From Candidatus Lustribacter sp. (GTDB lineage Bacteria; Vulcanimicrobiota; Vulcanimicrobiia; Vulcanimicrobiales; Vulcanimicrobiaceae), in assembly GCA_049512335.1 (NCBI GenBank), contig JBEKXE010000001.1, positions 56,987-120,986 on the forward strand: a stretch of DNA of 64,000 bases, in the 5' to 3' direction. The first letter of the stretch is position 1, and each line of letters starts with the position of its first letter. The notes beneath the pieces are model-generated. The model was not told the DNA's origin. It did not search any database and saw only the letters and a program-made list of their open reading frames with translations. Shown in pieces: positions 55,570-64,000 of this stretch. The translations under genes were made by a program, and so were the position numbers.

Positions 55570-58524
55570 TTGTCGACCGACCTTCTCATTTCGAGCGATC
55601 CGTGGGAGAACCGCGTCGCCATCCTCGAAGATGGGAAACTCTCCGAATACTACATCGAGCGTGACGAACGCGTTATCGGCTCGATCTACAAGGGCAAAGT
55701 CCAAAACGTGCTGCCCGGCATGGGCGCCAGCTTCGTCGACATCGGGCTGGGGCGCAACGCGTTCCTCTACGTCGACGACATCAACAAGACGCCGCTGAAC
55801 ATCGGCGACGTCGAGATCACCGGCGGCCGCAGCGGCTGGACGATCAACGAAAAGGTCAGCAAGGGCGACGACGTCCTGGTGCAGATCGTCAAGGAGCCGC
55901 GGGGCCTCAAGGGGGCGCGCGTTTCGACCAACATCTCGCTGCCCGGGCGCTATCTGATCCTGATGCCCACCGGCAAGTACTCCGGCGTCTCGCGCAAGAT
56001 CGAGTCGGCCGAAGAACGCAATCGGCTCAAGGGCGTGATGAAGGCGATCCGGCCCGAAGGGATGGCGACCGTCGTGCGCACCGCGGCCGGCGGCGTATCG
56101 AACGCCGAGCTGATCGCCGACCTCGGCGTGCTGATCCGCATGTGGCACGGTATCCTCGAGAATTACAAGTCCGCACCGACGCCGTCGCTGCTGCACAAAG
56201 ACATGAACTTGGTGTACAAGGCGGCGCGAGATTTCATCACGCCGGACGTCGCGCACGTCTGGATCGACGATCCGGACGAAGCCGAGCGGGTGCGCGATTT
56301 CATGCGTCTGCTGGGACCGCAGTACGTCGAGCGCATCAAGCCGTATCCGAACGGCGCCCAGCTCTTCGCCGACTACAAGATCGACGAAGAGGTCGCGAAG
56401 CTGATGAAACCGACCGCGAAACTGCCGTCGGGCGGTTCGATCGTCATCGAGACGACCGAAGCGCTCACGGTCATCGACGTGAACTCCGGCAAATTCACCG
56501 GCGGCAAGAACCTCGAGGACACGATCGTCAAGACGAACATCGAAGCGGCGGCGGAAATCGCGCGCCAAGTGCGGCTGCGCGACATCGGCGGCATCATCGT
56601 GTGCGACTTCATCGACATGTCCTCCGAAGGCGATCGCAACAAGGTCATCAAGAGCCTCGAAGACGGGTTGAAGAAAGACCGCACCCGCTCGACGATTCAA
56701 TCGTTCTCGCCGCTGGGCTTGCTCGAATTCACGCGCAAGCGCGTCGGCAAGGATCTCGCCGGCCAACTGCGTTCGACGTGTCCGATGTGCACGGGCCTGG
56801 GCAGCGTGATGTCGCCGGAGTCGGTGACGATCTCGACCTTCCGTCAGATCGCGCAGCACAAGAACGGTCACGCCGATCACGTGCACGTCGCGGCATCGCC
56901 GCACGTCGCCGCGCAAATCGAGTTCTGGTACGAAGACGAGCTGCGCCAACTGGGCGAGCGCGTCAAGACGCCGATCGACGTGCGCGTCGATCCGGCCGTG
57001 CATCCCGAAACGCCGCTGGTCGTGTGGGGCGCGGGCTTGCCCGAACTCCCGCCGGTGCGCGTCGGCGACGAGTTCGAAGTCGAATTGCTCAACACGCGCT
57101 TGCCGGTCGCAACGTCGGCTGCCGCGGTCGTCAACGGCCGTTTGATCGAGGTCGAGAACGCGGCCAACGCCGCCGGCAACGCGATCAAGATTCGCGTCAT
57201 CGACGTTGACGGAGCCGACATTCTGGCCGAGGCGCGCACGCCGGTCGGCGCTCCCGCCGTTGCCGGCGAGGGCAAGAAACGCCGCCGCCGCGGTGGCCGC
57301 GGCCGCAAGCCGCTCACGGCCGCCGAGCAGCAAGAAGAACTGCGCGAACTGGCCGAGGAAGCCGCCAAAGGATTGGGCGCGCGCCCGGTTCCGGTCATCG
57401 GCATCTCGACGACCGAAGAGGCCGTGGCCGAAGAGCACGTCGCGATCAACGAAGGCGCGCCCAAGCACGTCACCCCGGCCGGTATTGCAGGCGGTATCGC
57501 GCCCGATGCGGCCGAGATCACCAGCGTGCATCCGCCGCGCGGCCGCGGCGACCGCGGACGTCCGTCCGGACCACCGGCTGCCCGTCAGCCTGCCGCGCCC
57601 GCCTTCCGGCCGGCGCCGTCAGCTCCCGGCTTGGCGCCGCTCCCGGGCGAATCGCTCTCCGGCGCGCTGGTCGCCAAACTTCCCGGCGAGACGCTCTCGG
57701 GCGACCGGGTCAACGAAATGGTGACGCAGGCCGCCCCGCGGCCGGTCGCTGCCGTCCCGGCCTATGTTGCTCCCGAGGAAGCGCCGGCCGAGACCGGCGA
57801 CGCTCCGGCGCGGAAACGCCGCCGCCGCCGGCGCCGCGGTCGAGGCGGCAACGGTGCCGCCGGTCAGCCGGCCGGCGTGGCCGGCGCTTCGAACGGTGAA
57901 GCCGATCTCGAGGCCGAGGATGAAGAGGACGTGGCCGAGCCGATGCTCGCCGCCGCTCCGGCGGCCGGGATCCCGCAGCCCGGCGTCGAGGTCGAAGGCC
58001 GCAAGCGCCGCCGGCGCCGGCGCCGCCGCGGTCGCGGCGGCAACGGGGCTGCGGCAGCCGCCGCCTCCGGAGTGCTCGGCGAGGGGACGCTGCCCGATCG
58101 GCACATCATTCGCGTCGACGGTGAGGGCGGCGCCCATCCGACCGGCGAGGTCGCCCCCGCTCAGCCCAACCGTGCGATCGCCCCGTGGAGCCGGCCGAAG
58201 AAGGGCGAGATCGCGATCGAACCGCCGCCGCCGAGCCTGACCGCTCCGGCCGAAGAGGTGCGGGTCACCGCGCCTTCGCGCCGCCGCGCTCCCGCGCGTT
58301 CGGCTCCGGCCGCTCGCGTCGCGCCGCTCGAAGCGGCGGCCGAGATCAAGGCGTTGCCCGCGCCGGCCCGCAAGAAGGCCGCCGCTCGCAGCACCTCGGC
58401 CAAGAAGACGACCGCCAAGAAAACGGTCGCGAAAAAAACGGTCGCGAAAAAAACCGCGACGGCCAAGAAGGCCACCGCGCGCAAAGCCACCAGCGCCAAG
58501 AAGACGGTCCGCAAAAAGACCTGA
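55570..58524 (+). CDS. rne: Ribonuclease E/G with a long Arg/Pro/Ala-rich C-terminal domain
   Basis: TTG start. S1 domain (GSIYKGKVQNVLPGMGASFVDIGLGRNAFL), catalytic core (ALTVIDVNSG), Zn-link CPMCTGLG. The tail has two KRRRRRRR(R)GRGGNGAA repeats and terminal AKKT-type repeats. Confidence 0.9.
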   Translation: MSTDLLISSDPWENRVAILEDGKLSEYYIERDERVIGSIYKGKVQNVLPGMGASFVDIGLGRNAFLYVDDINKTPLNIGDVEITGGRSGWTINEKVSKGDDVLVQIVKEPRGLKGARVSTNISLPGRYLILMPTGKYSGVSRKIESAEERNRLKGVMKAIRPEGMATVVRTAAGGVSNAELIADLGVLIRMWHGILENYKSAPTPSLLHKDMNLVYKAARDFITPDVAHVWIDDPDEAERVRDFMRLLGPQYVERIKPYPNGAQLFADYKIDEEVAKLMKPTAKLPSGGSIVIETTEALTVIDVNSGKFTGGKNLEDTIVKTNIEAAAEIARQVRLRDIGGIIVCDFIDMSSEGDRNKVIKSLEDGLKKDRTRSTIQSFSPLGLLEFTRKRVGKDLAGQLRSTCPMCTGLGSVMSPESVTISTFRQIAQHKNGHADHVHVAASPHVAAQIEFWYEDELRQLGERVKTPIDVRVDPAVHPETPLVVWGAGLPELPPVRVGDEFEVELLNTRLPVATSAAAVVNGRLIEVENAANAAGNAIKIRVIDVDGADILAEARTPVGAPAVAGEGKKRRRRGGRGRKPLTAAEQQEELRELAEEAAKGLGARPVPVIGISTTEEAVAEEHVAINEGAPKHVTPAGIAGGIAPDAAEITSVHPPRGRGDRGRPSGPPAARQPAAPAFRPAPSAPGLAPLPGESLSGALVAKLPGETLSGDRVNEMVTQAAPRPVAAVPAYVAPEEAPAETGDAPARKRRRRRRRGRGGNGAAGQPAGVAGASNGEADLEAEDEEDVAEPMLAAAPAAGIPQPGVEVEGRKRRRRRRRRGRGGNGAAAAAASGVLGEGTLPDRHIIRVDGEGGAHPTGEVAPAQPNRAIAPWSRPKKGEIAIEPPPPSLTAPAEEVRVTAPSRRRAPARSAPAARVAPLEAAAEIKALPAPARKKAAARSTSAKKTTAKKTVAKKTVAKKTATAKKATARKATSAKKTVRKKT

Positions 58525-58529
58525 TCGCG

Positions 58530-59159
58530 GTGCTGGCGGTGTTCGTCGACTTCGACGGCACGATCACCGACGTCGACACGTTCGACGCGTTGGTCCGGGC
58601 CGTCGCCGGCGACGCGGCCTGGGAAGCCATCGACGGCCCGCTGGTCGCGGGCCGCATCACGCTGCGCGAAGCGCTCGCGCGGCAAGCGGCGGCGGTCGGC
58701 CTCTCGCGCGCCGAAACGCTCGCGTTCATGGAAGCGAACGCGCGGGTCGATCCGGCGTTCGGCCCGTTCGTCGCCGCCGTACGCGCGCACGGCGGCGCGA
58801 TCCGTGTCGTCTCGAGCGGCATCGCGCCGGTGATTCACGATGCGCTCGCGCGCGCCGGGGTCGAGGTCGACGTGATCGCCAACGACGTCGACTTCGCGGC
58901 CGGCGGCTGGACGATGTCGTTCGTCGACGCGTCCGACAACGGGCACGATAAAGCCGCGCACGTGCGTGCCGCGCGCGCGAGCGGCCGGCGCACGGTCTAC
59001 ATCGGCGACGGCATCAGCGATTTCGCCGCCGCTCTCGAAGCCGACGTCCGGTTCGCAAAAAAAGGCCGCGCGCTCGAAGCGTATTGTCGAGCGCGCGGCG
59101 TTGCCTGCGAGCCGTTCGAATCGTTCAGCACGATCGAACGGCGCCTATTCGGTCCCTAG
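58530..59159 (+). CDS. HAD-IB family hydrolase (MtnX / phosphoserine-phosphatase-like)
   Basis: FVDFDGTIT (DxDxT), VVSSG, K...YIGDGISD. Start uncertain (GTG 58530 or CTG 58521). Confidence 0.7.
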   Translation: MLAVFVDFDGTITDVDTFDALVRAVAGDAAWEAIDGPLVAGRITLREALARQAAAVGLSRAETLAFMEANARVDPAFGPFVAAVRAHGGAIRVVSSGIAPVIHDALARAGVEVDVIANDVDFAAGGWTMSFVDASDNGHDKAAHVRAARASGRRTVYIGDGISDFAAALEADVRFAKKGRALEAYCRARGVACEPFESFSTIERRLFGP

Positions 59160-60568
59160 TGAACGATCGGGGTCACCGTGGTGGCCGCGGTCGTGCCGGC
59201 CGCGGCGGTGCCGGCGATCTTCTGCTGTAAGAACGCGATGGCCCGGGTCAGCTGCGGGTCTTCCTCGGGATAGCCCGGACGGATCTTCGTGCCCTTCGGG
59301 ATGTCCGCTTCGATCTGCGGCTGGATGCCGATCGTATTGATGTCGTGACCGTCGGGCGTGTAGTACCGGGCGGTCGTGATCTTCACGGCCGAACCGTCGC
59401 GCAGCGGGAAGATCGTTTGCACGACGCCCTTACCGAACGTCTTCGTGCCGATCAGCGTGCCGACGCCGCTGTCCTCGATGGCGCCGGCGGTGATCTCCGA
59501 GGCCGACGCGGTGTAACCGTTCACCAGCACGGCCAGCGGACGCGGTGCGATCGCGATGTTCTCGGCATCGTATTCGGTACTCTGGCCGGCGCGCGAGCGC
59601 ACGGTGACGATCGGTCCGGTCGGGATGAACTTCGAGCTCACGTCGACCGCCGCGTTGAGGTATCCGCCGCCGTTGTAGCGCAGGTCGAGCACGTAGGCCT
59701 TCGCGCCTTGCGATTGCAGGCGGTTCAGCGCGGCGTTGAGTTCGCTGCCGGTATTCTGACCGAACACGGAGAGCTGCGCGTAGCCGATGTCGCCGGGCAG
59801 CAGCTTGGCGAACACGCTCGGCGGCTTGATCGTGTCGCGCGTGACCGTGACGGGGTCGATCGTGGCGTCGTTGCGCACGATGGCGAGCTTGACTTTGGTT
59901 CCCGGATCGCCGCGCAGCAGCTTCTGGATGCGCGATTGCTGCACGTCCAGCGGCGCGCCGGCGATGATGTCTTTCACCGACCGGTCGTTGATCGCACTGA
60001 TCTCGTCGTCACCGCGCAGGCCGGCTTTGTCGGAGGGCCCGTCGATGATCACGTTCTCGACGCGGATGTTCTTCGTTTGGTCGTCGATCGAATAGGTCAG
60101 GCCGACGCCGCCGAACGACGTGCCGTCGAGACCTTCGTTGAGCTCCGCAAACGACTTCGGATCGAGGAACACGGTGTAGCGGTCCTTGACCGATCCGACG
60201 ACGCCCGAGATCGCCGCGTAGGCCACCTTCGTCGCCGAAACCTTGCCGGAGTAGTGCGTGACCGCTTCGTCCGCTTCGCGTTGCAGCTCGCGCACGTTGT
60301 TGACGTCATCGCTCGACGCGCGCGGCTCGGTGATCTTCGGATCCTTGACGCCGTCGGTTTTCAACAGCGCGAGGATCGCCGCATGCGCGCTGTTGAGCAC
60401 GTTCTGCGCGTCGACCCGCTGGTAGAAGTCTTGCGTCAAGTACATGTAGGAAGCGGTGATCTCGTCAGCTTGCTGTTGCGAGAGGCCGGCGGCCGCGGAG
60501 GCCGACGGGATGTGGACCAGCGCGGCGGCGAGCCCGAGGGCGACACTGGCGGCGAAGAAGCGTTTCAT
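59156..60568 (-). CDS. ctpA: S41 carboxy-terminal processing protease (copy 1)
   Basis: Signal peptide, PDZ domain, DLRYNGGGYLNAAV, TASASEITAGAI, GTKTFGKGVVQ. Confidence 0.85.
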   Translation of the reverse strand: MKRFFAASVALGLAAALVHIPSASAAAGLSQQQADEITASYMYLTQDFYQRVDAQNVLNSAHAAILALLKTDGVKDPKITEPRASSDDVNNVRELQREADEAVTHYSGKVSATKVAYAAISGVVGSVKDRYTVFLDPKSFAELNEGLDGTSFGGVGLTYSIDDQTKNIRVENVIIDGPSDKAGLRGDDEISAINDRSVKDIIAGAPLDVQQSRIQKLLRGDPGTKVKLAIVRNDATIDPVTVTRDTIKPPSVFAKLLPGDIGYAQLSVFGQNTGSELNAALNRLQSQGAKAYVLDLRYNGGGYLNAAVDVSSKFIPTGPIVTVRSRAGQSTEYDAENIAIAPRPLAVLVNGYTASASEITAGAIEDSGVGTLIGTKTFGKGVVQTIFPLRDGSAVKITTARYYTPDGHDINTIGIQPQIEADIPKGTKIRPGYPEEDPQLTRAIAFLQQKIAGTAAAGTTAATTVTPIVH

Positions 60569-61974
60569 TCCTGGTCTTTCTGGCGGAGGATGGCTTTGGC
60601 AGCGGCGAGCTGTTTATCGTCCGGTGTATCGATTATCGGCAAATCCACGCGCTGGTCGACTACGACATCGGGAACGATGCCTTTGTGCTGGATGTCACGC
60701 CCCTCCGGGGTGACATAGCGAGCGGTCGTAATCTTGAGCGCGCCGCCCGACGGCAATTGGTAGAGACTCTGCACGACGCCCTTGCCGAAGGTCTTGGTGC
60801 CGACGAGCGTGCCGAGGTGGTCGTCCTGCAGCGCCCCGGCGGTGATCTCCGAAGCGCTGGCGGTGTATTTGTTGACCAGCACGACCAGCGGCAACGGATC
60901 GATGGCCCGGCCGGTCGCCGAGCGGATCTCGCGGTGTCCGGCCCGGTCGATCGTGGAGACGATCGGACCCTGGTGGATCACCAGGCTCGAGATGTCGACG
61001 GCCGCGTCGAGCAGGCCGCCGCCGTTGTTGCGCAGGTCGAGGATGTAGCCTTTGACGCCCTGTTTTTTCGCTGCGAGGAACGCCTGGCGCACCTCGTCGG
61101 CCGACGTCTGGCCGAAATCGCTCAGGCGCACGTAGCTGAAGCCGTCTTCGATCTTCGCGCGCACCGACGGCACGTGGACGACGTCGCGCGTGACGCGAAT
61201 CGTCGCGATTGCGTTGCCCGCATGGTGTTTCACACGCAGCGCGACGACGGTGCCGCGCGGGCCGCGAATGAGGCGCTCGACGTCGTCGATGGCGAGACCG
61301 CTCGTCGGCTGCGAGTTGACCTCGAGAATCGTGTCGCCTGGACGAACGCCGGCGCGAATCGCGGGATTGCCCTCGATCGGATCGACGACGAACGCGCCCG
61401 ACTTCGGATCTTTTCCGATGTAGACGCCGATGCCGCCGAAATTGCCGCCGTTGAGGTCCTCGTCGAGCGCGCGGATCGCGTCGGCGTTCAAATAGGTCGT
61501 GTAGGGGTCGCCGAGGCCGCCGAGCATGCCGCCCAGCGCGGTGTCGGTCACTTGATCGCGCGTGCCCGCACGGGGGTAACGAGCGTCGACGGTGTCGACC
61601 GTACTTTCCATCAGCGCCAGATCGTGGGCCGACGAACCGGTCGTGCGCCCCGGCGTGAGCGGGCCCTTACCGGCCGTCGCCGGCCGCTTGACGCAGTCGG
61701 TAATCAGGCAGTTGAGCGCCTTGGTCTCGCCGTCGACCATCAGTTGCGGATCGACCGGCTCGTAGTAGCTGTGTTCGACCTGCTCGTAGGCGGTCTCGAT
61801 CATGCGCTTGTTCGGATCGCTGTAGCCGAGCAAGGCGTTGAGATCGAGATCCGCAACCGGGCGGTCGCTTACGATCGAGGGATCGGCGGCTGCACGGCCG
61901 GCGTACGCCGCCCCGCCCAGGGCGGAGAGCGCGATGATCACTGCAGCGAGCACAAGTCGGATACGGGCTGGCAT
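60565..61974 (-). CDS. S41 carboxy-terminal processing protease (copy 2)
   Basis: Same motif set (DLRNNGGGLLDAAV, TASASEITAGAL, GTKTFGKGVVQ). Its stop overlaps the start of copy 1 by 4 nt. Confidence 0.85.
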   Translation of the reverse strand: MPARIRLVLAAVIIALSALGGAAYAGRAAADPSIVSDRPVADLDLNALLGYSDPNKRMIETAYEQVEHSYYEPVDPQLMVDGETKALNCLITDCVKRPATAGKGPLTPGRTTGSSAHDLALMESTVDTVDARYPRAGTRDQVTDTALGGMLGGLGDPYTTYLNADAIRALDEDLNGGNFGGIGVYIGKDPKSGAFVVDPIEGNPAIRAGVRPGDTILEVNSQPTSGLAIDDVERLIRGPRGTVVALRVKHHAGNAIATIRVTRDVVHVPSVRAKIEDGFSYVRLSDFGQTSADEVRQAFLAAKKQGVKGYILDLRNNGGGLLDAAVDISSLVIHQGPIVSTIDRAGHREIRSATGRAIDPLPLVVLVNKYTASASEITAGALQDDHLGTLVGTKTFGKGVVQSLYQLPSGGALKITTARYVTPEGRDIQHKGIVPDVVVDQRVDLPIIDTPDDKQLAAAKAILRQKDQE

Positions 61975-62121
61975 GTAGTCCTGTCGGCGGGGAGGCGGTT
62001 TACTCTGTAACCGAATTTCTACCCGGAGCGTTCCGCGCGAAGCGTGGGGACCTCGAGTTTACCGCAGGAAGCTTAAGCCGTCGTCAGATGGATGGACGAA
62101 ATAACGCCTCGTTCATGTGCC

Positions 62122-63333
62122 TTAACGTAAAAACGACATCGGATCGACCGGGTGGCCGTCCTGCATGACCTGGAAATGGACGTGCGGCCCGGTCGCGTCA
62201 CCGGTCATCCCCACGGCGCCGATCGCTTGCCCGCGCTGGACGTCCTGGCCGACTCCCACGAAGATCTGGGACATGTGGCAGTAGATGGTCGAGAGCCCGC
62301 CGTGGTGGTCGATCGCGACCATCTTGCCGCAATCACCCTCGTAGCCCGCGACGATCACTCGCCCGTCGGCGGCGGCCGCGATCGTGGTGCCGGTGGCGGC
62401 GGCGATGTCGATGCCGGCGTGGAGGATCGGCCGCCCGTATACCGGGTGCATGCGCATCCCGAAGGGTGAGGTGATCGGTCCCGATACCGGCCACATCAGC
62501 TGCCCCGGCGCCCCGAGCTCCGGCGGCAGCGCCACCCCGGCGAGCTGCGCGGCCCGGCGTTCGGCGGCGCGGCGGGCGTCTTCTTCCTGTTGCTTCTCGC
62601 GCACCAGCGCTTCGAGCGCGGCTTCGGCCTCGGCCGAGGTGTCCTCGAGCTCGCCGACCTGGACCTGGACGTCCTGTTTCTCGGTTTGCGCGACGGCCAA
62701 GAGATTCTGCCGCTGTTGCGCGAGCGCGTTCAACGCGACTTCCTGTTGGTCGGCGGCCGCTTGCGCGTTGCGCAAGGTCGTCTCGTCGGCGAGCAGTCCG
62801 GTCTGGATCGCCTCGACGTGCTCGGCGTCGGCACGGCGTTCGCGGATCGTCGCTTCGTTCGCCTTGACGACGAACGCGACGTCGTTCCAGCGCTCGACGA
62901 AGTCGCCGAACGATTTGGCCTGCATCAGTACCGCCAGGTAGCCGAGATCGCCGTATTCATACGCTTGGATCAACCGGTGCTTGAGCGCGTCGTTGTGAAG
63001 GGCCAACGTCTTCTGCGCGGCGTCGAGCTGGACGTGATTCCACTGCAGGTTGGCTTCGGTCGTGTGCATCTTGGCGTTGAGGAACGCGAGCTGGCCTTGC
63101 ACGCTCGCGATGTTGTGGTTGGCGATCGCCAGCTGCTGGGCGATCGTGCCGACCTTGGCCGCCGCTTGGTCGAGCTCGCTGCGCTTCACGTTCAGCTGCG
63201 TGTGCACGATGTGCAGCTTCGCTTGCTGTGCGTGAATCTTGGCGTCCAGCACGCTCGATTTGGTGGCGGCGAATCCCGGCGCGGCGGCGAGCAGTGCCAA
63301 TATGAGGCAGAGCGCGAAACGGCGGAACGTCAT
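62122..63333 (-). CDS. EnvC-like coiled-coil M23 metallopeptidase
   Basis: Signal peptide [22 protein letters not shown], a ~270-aa coiled coil and an M23 domain (HAGIDIAA...GPHVHFQV). The ORF-track extension to 63795 is out of register with the upstream gene. Confidence 0.85.
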   Translation of the reverse strand: MTFRRFALCLILALLAAAPGFAATKSSVLDAKIHAQQAKLHIVHTQLNVKRSELDQAAAKVGTIAQQLAIANHNIASVQGQLAFLNAKMHTTEANLQWNHVQLDAAQKTLALHNDALKHRLIQAYEYGDLGYLAVLMQAKSFGDFVERWNDVAFVVKANEATIRERRADAEHVEAIQTGLLADETTLRNAQAAADQQEVALNALAQQRQNLLAVAQTEKQDVQVQVGELEDTSAEAEAALEALVREKQQEEDARRAAERRAAQLAGVALPPELGAPGQLMWPVSGPITSPFGMRMHPVYGRPILHAGIDIAAATGTTIAAAADGRVIVAGYEGDCGKMVAIDHHGGLSTIYCHMSQIFVGVGQDVQRGQAIGAVGMTGDATGPHVHFQVMQDGHPVDPMSFLR

Positions 63334-64000
63334 CGGTTGCGCTTGTCCATGGCGACGAACGAGCCGTTCTGGCGTTTGGCGAACGACTTGAGCTCGGCCG
63401 CAACCTCGCCGATGCTCTGATAGCTGATGATGCGCGGCGACGGCATCACGATGGCGAGCGAGAGCGACATCAGCGGAAAACGGACGTTGTTCCCGCGCCG
63501 GTCCTTCGCCGCGATCCAGCCGCGCGTGCGATCGGCGGGTTCGTAGAGGCCCAGCACGTCGCGGTCGAACGTCTCGGCGACCGTGCGCGCGAGGCGCTCG
63601 GCGCGCTGCGGCGCGGTCACGATGATGAAGTCGTCGCCGCCGATGTGACCGAGGAAATCGGTCTCGTCGCCGATGCGCTTGATCGTGTCGCTCATCGTCG
63701 AGGCGACCAGCCGGATCGCGTCGTCGCCGCGGACGAACCCGTAGTGATCGTTGAAGGCCTTGAAATTGTCGAGGTCGGCGTAGATGACCGCCCACGGTTC
63801 GCGGGCCTCGAACCGGCGCCGCACTTCGTGCTCGATCGCGATGTTGCCGGGCAGCCGGGTCAGCGGCTGGAGCGACGAGTCGACGTTGGCGCGGCGCACC
63901 TTGGCGCGGACGCGCGCCAGCATCTCTTGTGGCGAAAACGGCTTGGCGATGAAATCGTCGGCGCCCGCTTCGAGGCTCCGCACGGGCTCGGCGCTGTCGG
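63330..64000 (-). CDS. Response regulator with a GGDEF-type output domain (5' end outside window)
   Basis: End of a REC domain ([13 protein letters not shown]), then [18 protein letters not shown] and the variant signature GGDDF. Its stop overlaps the M23 gene start (ATGA). Confidence 0.8.
   Translation of the reverse strand, partial: DSAEPVRSLEAGADDFIAKPFSPQEMLARVRAKVRRANVDSSLQPLTRLPGNIAIEHEVRRRFEAREPWAVIYADLDNFKAFNDHYGFVRGDDAIRLVASTMSDTIKRIGDETDFLGHIGGDDFIIVTAPQRAERLARTVAETFDRDVLGLYEPADRTRGWIAAKDRRGNNVRFPLMSLSLAIVMPSPRIISYQSIGEVAAELKSFAKRQNGSFVAMDKRNR

Noticed and set aside
55300-57531. N-terminal 744 codons of the 1509-aa minus-strand ORF 53002-57531
   Set aside because: This part is antisense to the well-supported RNase E gene and has no TM or domain features. 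The genuine GGDEF-EAL protein begins with a TM helix at about 55299.
58420-58453. A7 homopolymer tracts in the rne tail as a phase-variation switch
   Set aside because: They simply encode Lys codons of the AKKT repeats near the extreme C-terminus. A frameshift here would barely alter the protein, so a regulatory switch is implausible.

Overview
This is a high-GC bacterial chromosome segment; hand counts of single 60-nt lines in core genes give about 72-77% GC. It starts in the replication-origin neighbourhood: dnaA 3' end, dnaN, recF, a DUF721/DciA-like gene and gyrB. From about 6.4 to 32.4 kb it is one long plus-strand outer-membrane biogenesis supercluster. In order: tamB-like, bamA, three Skp/OmpH paralogues, lpxD-lpxC-fabZ-lpxA-lpxB, a UshA-type metallophosphoesterase, an LpxB-related paralogue, an O-antigen-ligase-like protein, lptC-like, lptB, a single lptF/G, DUF3084, a resolvase-like nuclease, an SLH-anchored OmpM-type porin, a TPR-like protein and a GT4 glycosyltransferase. 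After a short low-GC insertion come a secreted Ig-domain protein, recQ, dnaX-ybaB-recR, a MOSC protein and a MoxR/DUF58/DUF4350/DUF4129/SpoIIM-like/RDD cluster. These are followed by minC, two tandem minD genes, minE, rodA, a GGDEF-EAL sensor, RNase E/G, a HAD hydrolase, two tandem S41 C-terminal proteases, an EnvC-like M23 peptidase and a partial REC-GGDEF regulator. The envelope gene content (LPS genes plus an SLH porin and tamB next to bamA) suggests a Terrabacteria-type diderm; that is inference only. I recognised no rRNA, tRNA, CRISPR array, transposase or integrase. The best candidate for an undescribed system is the compositionally foreign three-gene operon at about 32.4-34.2 kb. It holds a TIGR04255-like protein and two tightly coupled orphan proteins, wedged between core genes near the window centre. 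Secondary points of interest are a ~110-nt repeat present in opposite orientations in the lptB-lptFG and minC-minD spacers, a five-hairpin tamB-bamA spacer, a short REP-like motif that also sits inside coding regions, a candidate LpxH-replacing phosphoesterase, a giant coiled-coil Skp lipoprotein and duplicated MinD. All family assignments come from motif recognition by eye, not from searches.
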